Source of the DNA: Candidatus Iainarchaeum sp.
GTDB lineage: Archaea > Iainarchaeota > Iainarchaeia > Iainarchaeales > GCA-2688035
Length of the DNA stretch: 55,377 bases
Direction of reading: 5' to 3'
NCBI GenBank assembly: GCA_017610175.1
Contig: JAFCCO010000008.1
Coordinates: forward strand, 1-55,377
The position numbers and the translations under genes were made by a program. Positions 19,943 through 28,031 of this stretch are shown one piece after another. Numbering within the stretch: position 1 is the stretch's first letter; each line of letters starts with the position of its first letter. The notes beneath the pieces were generated by a model. That model searched no databases. It was not told the DNA's origin and saw only the letters and a list, made by a program, of their open reading frames with translations.

Positions 19943-19957
19943 TTCTTTTTTTTCTTT
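19943..19957 (+). terminator. Oligo-T terminator candidate
   Basis: ttcttttttttcttt directly after the stop of 15598..19929. Confidence 0.55.
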
Positions 19958-20056
19958 AACCACTCTAAAGGCACCCAACGAATTCAAACGCAATTTAGGC
20001 GAAAGTATTAAAAAGAATAAAGCTATAATTCATACTATCAAAAAAAATAGGAAAAA

Positions 20057-23000
20057 ATGGCACTAAAACGCGGGGGCTTCGCGCTATTGCTGCTTTCTAT
20101 TATTCTAATTACTACCCTTGCTTCAGCCCGCCCTGCCGCAAATGTGCGAACGATTGAGGCAATCGATGCCAACTGGGCACAGCACGCCGCCTTTGACGAA
20201 GACTTTAATGTACTGTGGAGTGGCTCAAACGCAGACATTAACTCAGACCACAACTACATGGTTAGGATAAATTACCAGGGCACTTATGTTGATTTGAACA
20301 GAATGTGGGACAACAATGCCGAAGCGCTAAGTGAAACTGTTTTGCCTGCAACAATGAATGCCGCGAGTAACTGCTCGCCAGGACTTGACCTCAATATTGT
20401 AAAGCCAAGCGCAGACAACAACTTTATCGATATTCACACCCGAATCCAGATGGACCTTCCGGACGCAAACCTTTTCAGGGGGCGTGAAGTTGTTGTGGAA
20501 TTATGGAAGGTTGTAAATGCAGGGGACGGAACCTGGCTTTGCATTGAAAAGGACGCAAACGTTTCTTTCATCATTACACCCGCCATTATACTGCAAGCTT
20601 CAGCCAACCCCCTTGACCAGAACGTAACCGTAATGGGTTACGGTTTTACCGACACAAACCTGTTCATAACCTACCATGATGTAAACGGTGAAATCGTTGA
20701 CCTCAACATTGTTGACGTGAATTATTTCAACAACCCCCACAATGATGGCAACACCCACGACATTGTTTATTCAGGGCTGGCACCTGTTGATGAGGCAAGC
20801 ACTGCACCAGGCAGTCATGTGCAGGTGGATGGAAACGGAAACTTTGATGTAAACATTGTAATGCCCTATACCGCAACTTTGCCGCATGCAAGCGGACTTC
20901 CCGACCACAACATAACCGTTGCCGCAGTCAACCAAGGGGATGTAAATGTAAGTGTAATCCCAATGCCTGGCCTTACCATCGCAACCGACATAAATGTGAC
21001 TGTAATGATTTGCAACCAGCCAACTGCTACAACATGTTACAGCGGAGGGACAAGGAAAAGCATTACAGAGGCAATGCGAAGCAACGACATTAACAACCTG
21101 GAAAGCGTTAAGGGAATAATCGTGCAGATGGGTGCCCCGCTTTACGTTAAGATTGAACTGAACAGTGATTTGAACATGGCAAAAGGCCCCCTAAGAAACT
21201 ACACTACCAACACAGACAAGGACAGCGGCAGGCTAAAAATTGACACCATCGCAATGCCTGAATTTGCAGTTGACGCAAACATCACGCTTTACAATGTTGG
21301 AAGCTACAATGGAGCCATGCCAATTCTTGCAAGGGACGGGATAAAATGTGAACCGGGAATCTGCACAAACCTTGACAACAGTGGATTGTCTTCAGGATAC
21401 ACGGATCCAAGCACAAGCTTAAGCACATGGGCATGGAACAGCTCCGCAAAAGACGGAAACCTAATGTTCAGAGTGAGCACTTTCTCAAGTTATAGCACAA
21501 TAAGCATTGACATGAACGTTGTCTATCCAAACGGCGGAGAGCATATTAGGACAACTGACGGAACAGACGGAAATATGCAGATTCTTTTCCAGTTTTCCGA
21601 CTCAAATGCGGCTGCAACCCCGGTTGTAAGAATTGCCCTGTCCGACACAAACAACGACTTTGACCAAACTTTTATACAGGACATAAACGTCCTGGATTCG
21701 CTGCATAGGGGAATAAACAATAGCGGCCTCTTCTGCACCGACCTTGATGGGAACACACAAACAATTGACGGAAACTGCTCATTTGACCTGAACATCTGGT
21801 GGATTGTGGGAGCGTACTTTGTGGACATAAACATTATGCATGGAGACCAGGACGGGAATGCATGGGTGACCGATTCAAGCGACTCAACCTTTTTCATTAA
21901 CGCAGCAAAAGTTACAATTACAGACACCAACTTTTCAAGCATGGACTGGAATTTCACCAAAAAAAGCGATGATGATGTCAATTACCTGTTTGACTTCAAT
22001 GTAAACATTCCACTCAAGAACGATGCTGCAACATTGGATGTAAACGACATTGACGACTACAATTTCTCAATATACCTTGTCCCTCTGCCCCTCGCAACGG
22101 GTGTTAGGGGTGCAGACTTGAATGTTGGAAACTGGGCGGTTGACGGCAATTTGGGAGATTATTGCTACCACTATTCACCCGACTACTTTTCAACAAAGGG
22201 AAACGACATCAACTGCACCGTAGCAATTGACTTAAACGGCATACCTGAAAACAGGTACCTGATCAGAGTGGATGTGAACTATGGGCGTACAGAAACAGCA
22301 AACAGAAGCCTTGTTGACGGAAAAGAATCCGACCAGAATGTGATAATAAATGACTTGACCGCTCCAACTGTTACCATAACCGACCCATCCAGAGGGAGCG
22401 CAACAACAATAAGCAATAACTACCAGGTGAGCTGGAACTTTTCAGACAATTCAGGAATTAAAACCTATTGGGCGAGCACAGACAACACAGTATGGACTGC
22501 GCTCTCAGAATCCCACCAAAGCTATGTTTTGAACCTTAGCTCGCCTGGGCAGGACCTAACATTTTACCTTAAGGCAACAGACAAGGTGGATATAAACGGC
22601 TCAACAGTTACAGCTTCATTCAGGAGAACAGGGGGTTTGGGCCCCGAACCAAGGGTAACCCCTGCACCATCAAACGGAGACCCTGTGTCACCGCCAAGCG
22701 AAGCTGAGGGAGTGGCAGAAACAATTATTGAGGAAACTGTTTCCATAAAGCCAACAGCCAAAAATATAAGGGAACTGCTTACAGAGGTTGGCGCAAGCCA
22801 GCAAGCCATAGAAAAGGCAGGCGATGCCGTTGCAAAAACAACCGTTGAGCGCACAATCAAGGTTAAAAAAATCACGCAGGCAAGCGGGGCAGTGCGCTAC
22901 AGGACAACAATTGTAATTACCGTATCCAACCCCGGAAATAAAACGCTTAGAAATATTAAAGTGATTGAAAAAATCCCGAAAGGGGTTATTTCACGCATTG

Positions 23001-23473
23001 AAGAAAGCGATGTTTCAACAAACTTCCCGTTTGCAATATTAATGGTCGACCCGGTAATTGAATTTACGGTTGACGAGGTTAAGAAAGGCGAAAGCAAGGA
23101 AATTGAATACCTGCTGCAGGCAAGAGCAAAGCAAAGTGACATTGACGAATGGGCTGTTCCAATTGTAGCAGAACTGCAGGAAGTGCTTGACTTGTGTGCA
23201 GACGTTGTTTGCGAGGAAAGAACCTGCCAGGGTGTTCTCTGCGACAAGCAAACAGGGCAATGCATTTACGAAAACCTGCGAGACGGAACAAGCTGCCCAA
23301 CAGGAACATGCCGTGCAGGCACCTGCGTTGCACCCACCGCACCAACCATCCCTACTCCCCCCGCAATAGAAGTAGCAGCGCCTGGATTTGGAATTGAAAC
23401 AATCACCCTGCTGGTTCTGATTATTGTTGCAATTGCGGGTGCAGCATACTTTTTCTACTCAAAGAAACAGTGA
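20057..23473 (+). CDS. Secreted D-x-N-rich surface (glyco)protein with PGF-CTERM-like anchor
   Basis: Signal peptide; 48 DxN tripeptides by manual count; stalk module related to the family above; APGFG + TM + SKKQ. Confidence 0.85.
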   Translation: MALKRGGFALLLLSIILITTLASARPAANVRTIEAIDANWAQHAAFDEDFNVLWSGSNADINSDHNYMVRINYQGTYVDLNRMWDNNAEALSETVLPATMNAASNCSPGLDLNIVKPSADNNFIDIHTRIQMDLPDANLFRGREVVVELWKVVNAGDGTWLCIEKDANVSFIITPAIILQASANPLDQNVTVMGYGFTDTNLFITYHDVNGEIVDLNIVDVNYFNNPHNDGNTHDIVYSGLAPVDEASTAPGSHVQVDGNGNFDVNIVMPYTATLPHASGLPDHNITVAAVNQGDVNVSVIPMPGLTIATDINVTVMICNQPTATTCYSGGTRKSITEAMRSNDINNLESVKGIIVQMGAPLYVKIELNSDLNMAKGPLRNYTTNTDKDSGRLKIDTIAMPEFAVDANITLYNVGSYNGAMPILARDGIKCEPGICTNLDNSGLSSGYTDPSTSLSTWAWNSSAKDGNLMFRVSTFSSYSTISIDMNVVYPNGGEHIRTTDGTDGNMQILFQFSDSNAAATPVVRIALSDTNNDFDQTFIQDINVLDSLHRGINNSGLFCTDLDGNTQTIDGNCSFDLNIWWIVGAYFVDINIMHGDQDGNAWVTDSSDSTFFINAAKVTITDTNFSSMDWNFTKKSDDDVNYLFDFNVNIPLKNDAATLDVNDIDDYNFSIYLVPLPLATGVRGADLNVGNWAVDGNLGDYCYHYSPDYFSTKGNDINCTVAIDLNGIPENRYLIRVDVNYGRTETANRSLVDGKESDQNVIINDLTAPTVTITDPSRGSATTISNNYQVSWNFSDNSGIKTYWASTDNTVWTALSESHQSYVLNLSSPGQDLTFYLKATDKVDINGSTVTASFRRTGGLGPEPRVTPAPSNGDPVSPPSEAEGVAETIIEETVSIKPTAKNIRELLTEVGASQQAIEKAGDAVAKTTVERTIKVKKITQASGAVRYRTTIVITVSNPGNKTLRNIKVIEKIPKGVISRIEESDVSTNFPFAILMVDPVIEFTVDEVKKGESKEIEYLLQARAKQSDIDEWAVPIVAELQEVLDLCADVVCEERTCQGVLCDKQTGQCIYENLRDGTSCPTGTCRAGTCVAPTAPTIPTPPAIEVAAPGFGIETITLLVLIIVAIAGAAYFFYSKKQ

Positions 23474-23561
23474 AAACAGTCAATCAACGAATTCAATTGC
23501 CTGCTTTAAAAGCCTTCCAAATGCAAATGCGTTGAATGCAGCGCACGGCACTTGGCTGGTT
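23474..23561 (+). repeat. Imperfect direct repeat, left copy (relic promoter and start codon of the TadA-like gene)
   Basis: Matches 24862..24952, including ttgcctgctttaaaagc and ttgaatgcagcgcacggcac. Confidence 0.9.
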
Positions 23562-23562
23562 C

Positions 23563-23613
23563 TTTCTACCACCAATAGAAGAAGGTTTCTATTACCAATA
23601 GAAAGGTTTATAT
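23563..23613 (+). promoter_or_regulatory. Two tandem palindromic operator-like sites abutting a TATA box
   Basis: Perfect TTTCTATT-acc-AATAGAAA at 23586..23604 and degenerate TTTCTAcc-acc-AATAGAAg at 23563..23581, then GGTTTATAT about 30 nt before ATG 23640. Confidence 0.65.
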
Positions 23614-23639
23614 TTGTTTTAGTGCATAAATTGGGAATT

Positions 23640-24857
23640 ATGTTGGAAGAGACACTGGAGGAAGTAATTGCCACCCAGCGAAAAGAACTGTCTTTAGGCG
23701 AAAAAACAGTCCCAAGGGAGGGTTTGGCTGTTGTTAAGCCAATGACTTCCTTTGCAATAGCCATTTCCGGCATACGCCGCTGCGGAAAAAGCACACTTTT
23801 AAAACAGCTTTTAAAGAAAGAAAAAGAGTTTTATTACCTTAACTTGGAGGACATTCGCTTAGACGGTTTTGGATTGCAGGACTTTACAAAAGCGGACAAG
23901 ATTTTTAAGGAACGTTATGGAAAAAACGGCATTTACTTTTTTGACGAAATACAAACCGTGCCAAAATGGGAAAAATTTGTGCGATGGCTTGTGGACAAAA
24001 AGGAAAAGGTTGTGTTAACAGGTTCTAATGCATCACTTTTAAGCAGAGAACTTGGAACACGCTTAACCGGGAGGCACATCAGTTATGAACTATTTCCTTT
24101 TTCATTCAAAGAATTCTTGAAATACAACAAATTCAAGCCTTCGGAAGACTCTTTTGCAAGCTACTTTGAGAGCGGTGGGTTTCCAGAACATCTTGAAAAG
24201 AAACAAAATTATGTGCTGCAAGAATTGCTGAGAGACATCGTTATGCGCGACGTAGCTGTAAGGTTTGGGATAAGAAACTCCGGGCTGTTAAAAAAATTAG
24301 CAATATACTTGGTCAGCAATGTAGGCAAAGAATTCTCATATAACTCTTTAAAAAAAATGTTTTCAGTAGCGTCAGTACAAAGCATTATTGATTACATCTC
24401 GTTTTTTGAAGACGCCTACTTAATATTCACCACCCCAAAATTCGATTACTCTTTCAAAAAACAGCAAATAAACCCAAGAAAAGTCTATTCCATAGACAAC
24501 GGGCTGTCCATGGCAAACTCGCTGTCCTTTTCAAAAGACAGCGGAAGAATGCTGGAAAACATGGTTTTTTTGCATTTGAGAAGAAAAAGCAAGCAAATTT
24601 TTTACTTTAAGGAAAAAGGCGAATGTGACTTCGTCTTTAAAGAAAAAGAAAAAATAACGGGGGCAGTACAGGTTTGCTATTCACTTACCGAAGACAACCA
24701 GGAAAGGGAAGTTTCAGGACTTTTGGAAGCCTTAAAAAAATTTAATTTAAAAAAAGGCCTAATACTTACATACAACCAGGAAGACAAACTGCAGGGGAAC
24801 GGAAAAGAAATTACTGTCAAACCCGTTTGGAAATGGATGCTGGAAAAACCGCAGTAA
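23640..24857 (+). CDS. AAA_14/DUF4143-family ATP-binding protein
   Basis: GIRRCGKST, FFDEIQ, LTGSNASLLS.ELGTRLTGR, GGFPE, KVYSIDNG, LENMVF, ECDFV...QVC. The ORF-track start 23424 runs through the repeat and is unlikely. Confidence 0.9.
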   Translation: MLEETLEEVIATQRKELSLGEKTVPREGLAVVKPMTSFAIAISGIRRCGKSTLLKQLLKKEKEFYYLNLEDIRLDGFGLQDFTKADKIFKERYGKNGIYFFDEIQTVPKWEKFVRWLVDKKEKVVLTGSNASLLSRELGTRLTGRHISYELFPFSFKEFLKYNKFKPSEDSFASYFESGGFPEHLEKKQNYVLQELLRDIVMRDVAVRFGIRNSGLLKKLAIYLVSNVGKEFSYNSLKKMFSVASVQSIIDYISFFEDAYLIFTTPKFDYSFKKQQINPRKVYSIDNGLSMANSLSFSKDSGRMLENMVFLHLRRKSKQIFYFKEKGECDFVFKEKEKITGAVQVCYSLTEDNQEREVSGLLEALKKFNLKKGLILTYNQEDKLQGNGKEITVKPVWKWMLEKPQ

Positions 24858-24861
24858 AAAA

Positions 24862-24952
24862 AAACCGCCAATCGACGAATTCGCTTGCCTGCTTTAAAAG
24901 CTTTTCAAATTCGAGTGCATTGAATGCAGCGCACGGCACCGTTGGGCTGGTT
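24862..24952 (+). repeat. Imperfect direct repeat, right copy (contains TTTAAAA TATA and ATG 24924)
   Basis: Alignment by eye to 23474..23561. Confidence 0.9.
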
Positions 24953-26318
24953 TACACTCAACCCAACAAAAGAGGAACTTTGCACAGTCCACTCCAATTC
25001 AGGCGAGCGCACAATCGCTTCTGGTGCCGGTGGAACAAAATATTTCCTCAAAGAGTTCCCGCAACTAAGCCCTGCAGAAAAAAGGCTTCTTGAACATGCG
25101 CTTGACGAATTCAGGTCAAACGGAAGGAAACCCAGCGAGCAAGGAATGAAAAGATGCCTGAAAAGGCAGTGCATTGTGGAACTCCTCGAAGTTGGCGAAG
25201 TGCAGAGGAAATACCTCCTTAAAATTTTAAAGAGTTCACTCACCGGCTTTGGGGCAATCGATTCCATCCTGCAGGATGCGGAAATAGAGGAAATTGCGCT
25301 AATTGATGCGGCAACAAAACCTGTCTACGTTTTTCACAAAAAATTCGGCTGGCTGCAAACAAACCTCTTCTTCGAGGACGAAAAGGCAGTATGCAATCTT
25401 GTGAACAGGATGGCCCAAAACATTGGACGAAGATTAACCTTCCAAAGCCCAAGCATTAACGCCGTTCTCCCGGACGGGAGCAGGATTCATGCCGCAATAA
25501 ACCCGGTTGCATTCTCCGGCCCCTGCTTTACAATAAGAAAATTCTCCAAAAAGCCGTTCACCCCAAGCCAGCTAATTAAAAACAACACAATTACCGCAGA
25601 GTGCGCCGCATTCCTTTGGATGGCGCTTGAAGCCGATTGCTCAATGCTTGTTGCCGGAAACACAGGAAGCGGAAAGACAACAACATTAAACGCGCTTTTT
25701 TCATTTGTCCCAAAATCGGAGCGAATAATTGTTGCAGAGGAAACCCCTGAAATAAGGCTCGCCCACGAGCACGTTGTAAAGCTAAACGTTGTGCCTGAGC
25801 AGGGAATAACCATGCAGTCACTCATAACCGACACCCTTCGAATGCGCCCGGACAGGATTTTGGTGGGGGAAATCAGGACAAGGGACGAAATGGGGGCATT
25901 CATTGACACGCTTCTTGCGGGGCAGGGAAAGGGGTCCTATGCAACGTTCCACAGCCAGAGCTCGGAAGAGGTTGTAAAGCGCACGCTCTCCCTTGGTGTT
26001 TCGGCAATTGACCTTGCAACAATTGATTTGGTGCTTGTGCAGAGAAGGTGGGACCATGCAAATGCAAAGCACGGGCACAAAGAGCAAAGGCATGTAACGG
26101 AACTAAGCGAACTCCTCACAAAGGGAGCGGCCGTCTCGGTAAACCTGCTTTTTGAATTCAACTTTGCAAAAAATTGTTTGGAGAAATGCGGTGAAAGCTC
26201 GCGCGTTCTTGAAAAAATGCAGCGCTGCTTTTCAAAAAACCCAAAGCAATTGGGTGCGGAATTGAAGAAGAGGGAAAAATTCCTAAGGGGCAAAGGAGAT
26301 GCAAAATATTACAATTGA
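24924..26318 (+). CDS. TadA/CpaF/VirB11-family pilus assembly ATPase
   Basis: LPDGSRI, FTIRKF, GNTGSGKTT, EETPEI, LRMRPDRILVGEIR, ATFHS. Confidence 0.92.
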   Translation: MQRTAPLGWFTLNPTKEELCTVHSNSGERTIASGAGGTKYFLKEFPQLSPAEKRLLEHALDEFRSNGRKPSEQGMKRCLKRQCIVELLEVGEVQRKYLLKILKSSLTGFGAIDSILQDAEIEEIALIDAATKPVYVFHKKFGWLQTNLFFEDEKAVCNLVNRMAQNIGRRLTFQSPSINAVLPDGSRIHAAINPVAFSGPCFTIRKFSKKPFTPSQLIKNNTITAECAAFLWMALEADCSMLVAGNTGSGKTTTLNALFSFVPKSERIIVAEETPEIRLAHEHVVKLNVVPEQGITMQSLITDTLRMRPDRILVGEIRTRDEMGAFIDTLLAGQGKGSYATFHSQSSEEVVKRTLSLGVSAIDLATIDLVLVQRRWDHANAKHGHKEQRHVTELSELLTKGAAVSVNLLFEFNFAKNCLEKCGESSRVLEKMQRCFSKNPKQLGAELKKREKFLRGKGDAKYYN

Positions 26319-27048
26319 TAAACAACTGAAAAAAAATGCAAAAACCGCTGCCTTTTTCTCAATCTTTGCCTGGCTTGTGCTGGGAATTTGGTTAGAGGAT
26401 ATTGCGCTCTCCCTCGCTGCATCACTTCTCTGCGGAGCGGGGTTTGTTGCGCTTGCACAATACCTGCCAAAACGAAAGAGAAGGCAGCACGCACTTCTTG
26501 TTGAAAGCCAGCTCCCCTTCACATTGCTTGACATGGCAATTGAACTGAACCTGGGCCTAAAATTCGAGAAGATTTTGGAGCACGCGTCCTCAAACAAAAA
26601 TGAAATAAGCAAGGAGTTTGCAAAGATTTTGAAAGAGATAAGGGAGCAGGGATCCTCAATTCAAGAGGCAATGTTTCATTTCTCTGAGAGAATTGATTCC
26701 CTTGAAGTGAAGCGCGCGATAGCACTCTTTGTAAGCGTTTACGAGCAAGGGAGCGGCAAAAGCGGAAACTCGCTTAAAATGCTTGCGCGCGAACTCCTTG
26801 CAAAGCAGCGCGCCCAGTCAAAGGAATTTGCGGGAAAGCTTGTTGTCTACTCCCTTCTCTTTGTGGCCGTTTCAGCAGTAATTCCCGCGCTCTTCCAAAG
26901 CTTTGCAATTGTGGGAAGCATGGTCCTTCACCTGAGCCTTACAGCAACACAGATTTTCCTTATAATTGTTGTCGGCTTTCCGCTTGCAGACATTGTAGCG
27001 CTCTATTTCATTCGAGCCAAAACACCTATCTTTTTGAGGGGAGGATAA
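26299..27048 (+). CDS. TadB/TadC-like (T2SS F domain) membrane protein
   Basis: TM pair, VESQLPFTL, helical cytoplasmic domain, C-terminal TMs; follows the ATPase. Confidence 0.82.
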   Translation: MQNITIDKQLKKNAKTAAFFSIFAWLVLGIWLEDIALSLAASLLCGAGFVALAQYLPKRKRRQHALLVESQLPFTLLDMAIELNLGLKFEKILEHASSNKNEISKEFAKILKEIREQGSSIQEAMFHFSERIDSLEVKRAIALFVSVYEQGSGKSGNSLKMLARELLAKQRAQSKEFAGKLVVYSLLFVAVSAVIPALFQSFAIVGSMVLHLSLTATQIFLIIVVGFPLADIVALYFIRAKTPIFLRGG

Positions 27049-27049
27049 G

Positions 27050-27976
27050 ATGGATGCAGCGTGGGAATACTCGCAGCAGTTAAGGCAGGCGCTTACAAGG
27101 TTTGAGAAAATTCTTGAAAGCAATTTTGGAAAGAACCTTGCATGGTTTGTAAATTCCTCAGCGCTTGCAGGATTTGCCTTAAGCCTCACGGCAATTGCCG
27201 CAACTTACTACACAAACAGCCCTTTCTTCTACATAACATTGTCTGCGGCGATCGCATTCATTGGAGCATTTCCACTGCACTTCATGCTCCAGCATTTTTT
27301 GTGGGAGCAAAACAAGCGGAAAAGGGATTCCCTTGTCCCCGACCTGCTTCTGCAGGCAAGCGCCTTTCCCCGCGGAATTTCCTTCAACAAAATAATCAAT
27401 TACTTTTCAGAAAACCGCTTTGGCCTGCTTGGACTTGAGTTTGAGAAGGCGGAAGCGGAGATTGAGAAAGGCTCCTCTGTGCAGAAAGCGCTTGAAAACA
27501 TTGCCTTGAGGTGCGAAAGCCCGGCTGTTTCGCGTGCAATGCGCCTTCTCAAGCAGGGTTTTGAAAGCGGTGCCGACATGAGCGAAACCCTTAGGGAAAG
27601 CGCAGAGGATTTGCTTGAAACAAATTCAATTCTTCGCGAGAGAAACGCCGCCTTGGTGGTTGAAAAATACACCCTTTTAATAGCTGGGGGCCTAATTGTC
27701 CCGGTTATTCTTGGATTGCTTGTTGCAATGGTTTCCTCAATGGACTTCTCAGCATTTGAGCTGCTTGAATTTGGCCTGAGCGGAGAGGAGCGCGCAAACC
27801 TTCTTTCATCCACAATTCTTGCCAACCAAATTTACATAATTGAGTATGCCCTGCTTGCATCGGTCTTTGTCGCCCAGCTTGAGGGCAACACAAAAAAGGC
27901 CCTTGTTTACGCCTCAATTCTTCTCCCCCTAAGCCTGCTTTCGTTCAACGCCGCAAAATTTCTCCTGTTTGGTTGA
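27050..27976 (+). CDS. TadC-like (T2SS F domain) membrane protein
   Basis: VPDLLLQ, FGLLGLEF, GADMSETL, multiple TMs. Confidence 0.85.
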   Translation: MDAAWEYSQQLRQALTRFEKILESNFGKNLAWFVNSSALAGFALSLTAIAATYYTNSPFFYITLSAAIAFIGAFPLHFMLQHFLWEQNKRKRDSLVPDLLLQASAFPRGISFNKIINYFSENRFGLLGLEFEKAEAEIEKGSSVQKALENIALRCESPAVSRAMRLLKQGFESGADMSETLRESAEDLLETNSILRERNAALVVEKYTLLIAGGLIVPVILGLLVAMVSSMDFSAFELLEFGLSGEERANLLSSTILANQIYIIEYALLASVFVAQLEGNTKKALVYASILLPLSLLSFNAAKFLLFG

Positions 27977-28031
27977 ATGCAAAAAAAAAAGGTTTATATA
28001 ACCAAATGCATTATTTTATGGGGACTAAGAA

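Noticed and set aside
23424-23639. N-terminal extension of the AAA ATPase in the ORF track
   Set aside because: Overlaps the upstream gene, the direct repeat and the TATA box; ATG 23640 fits the promoter.
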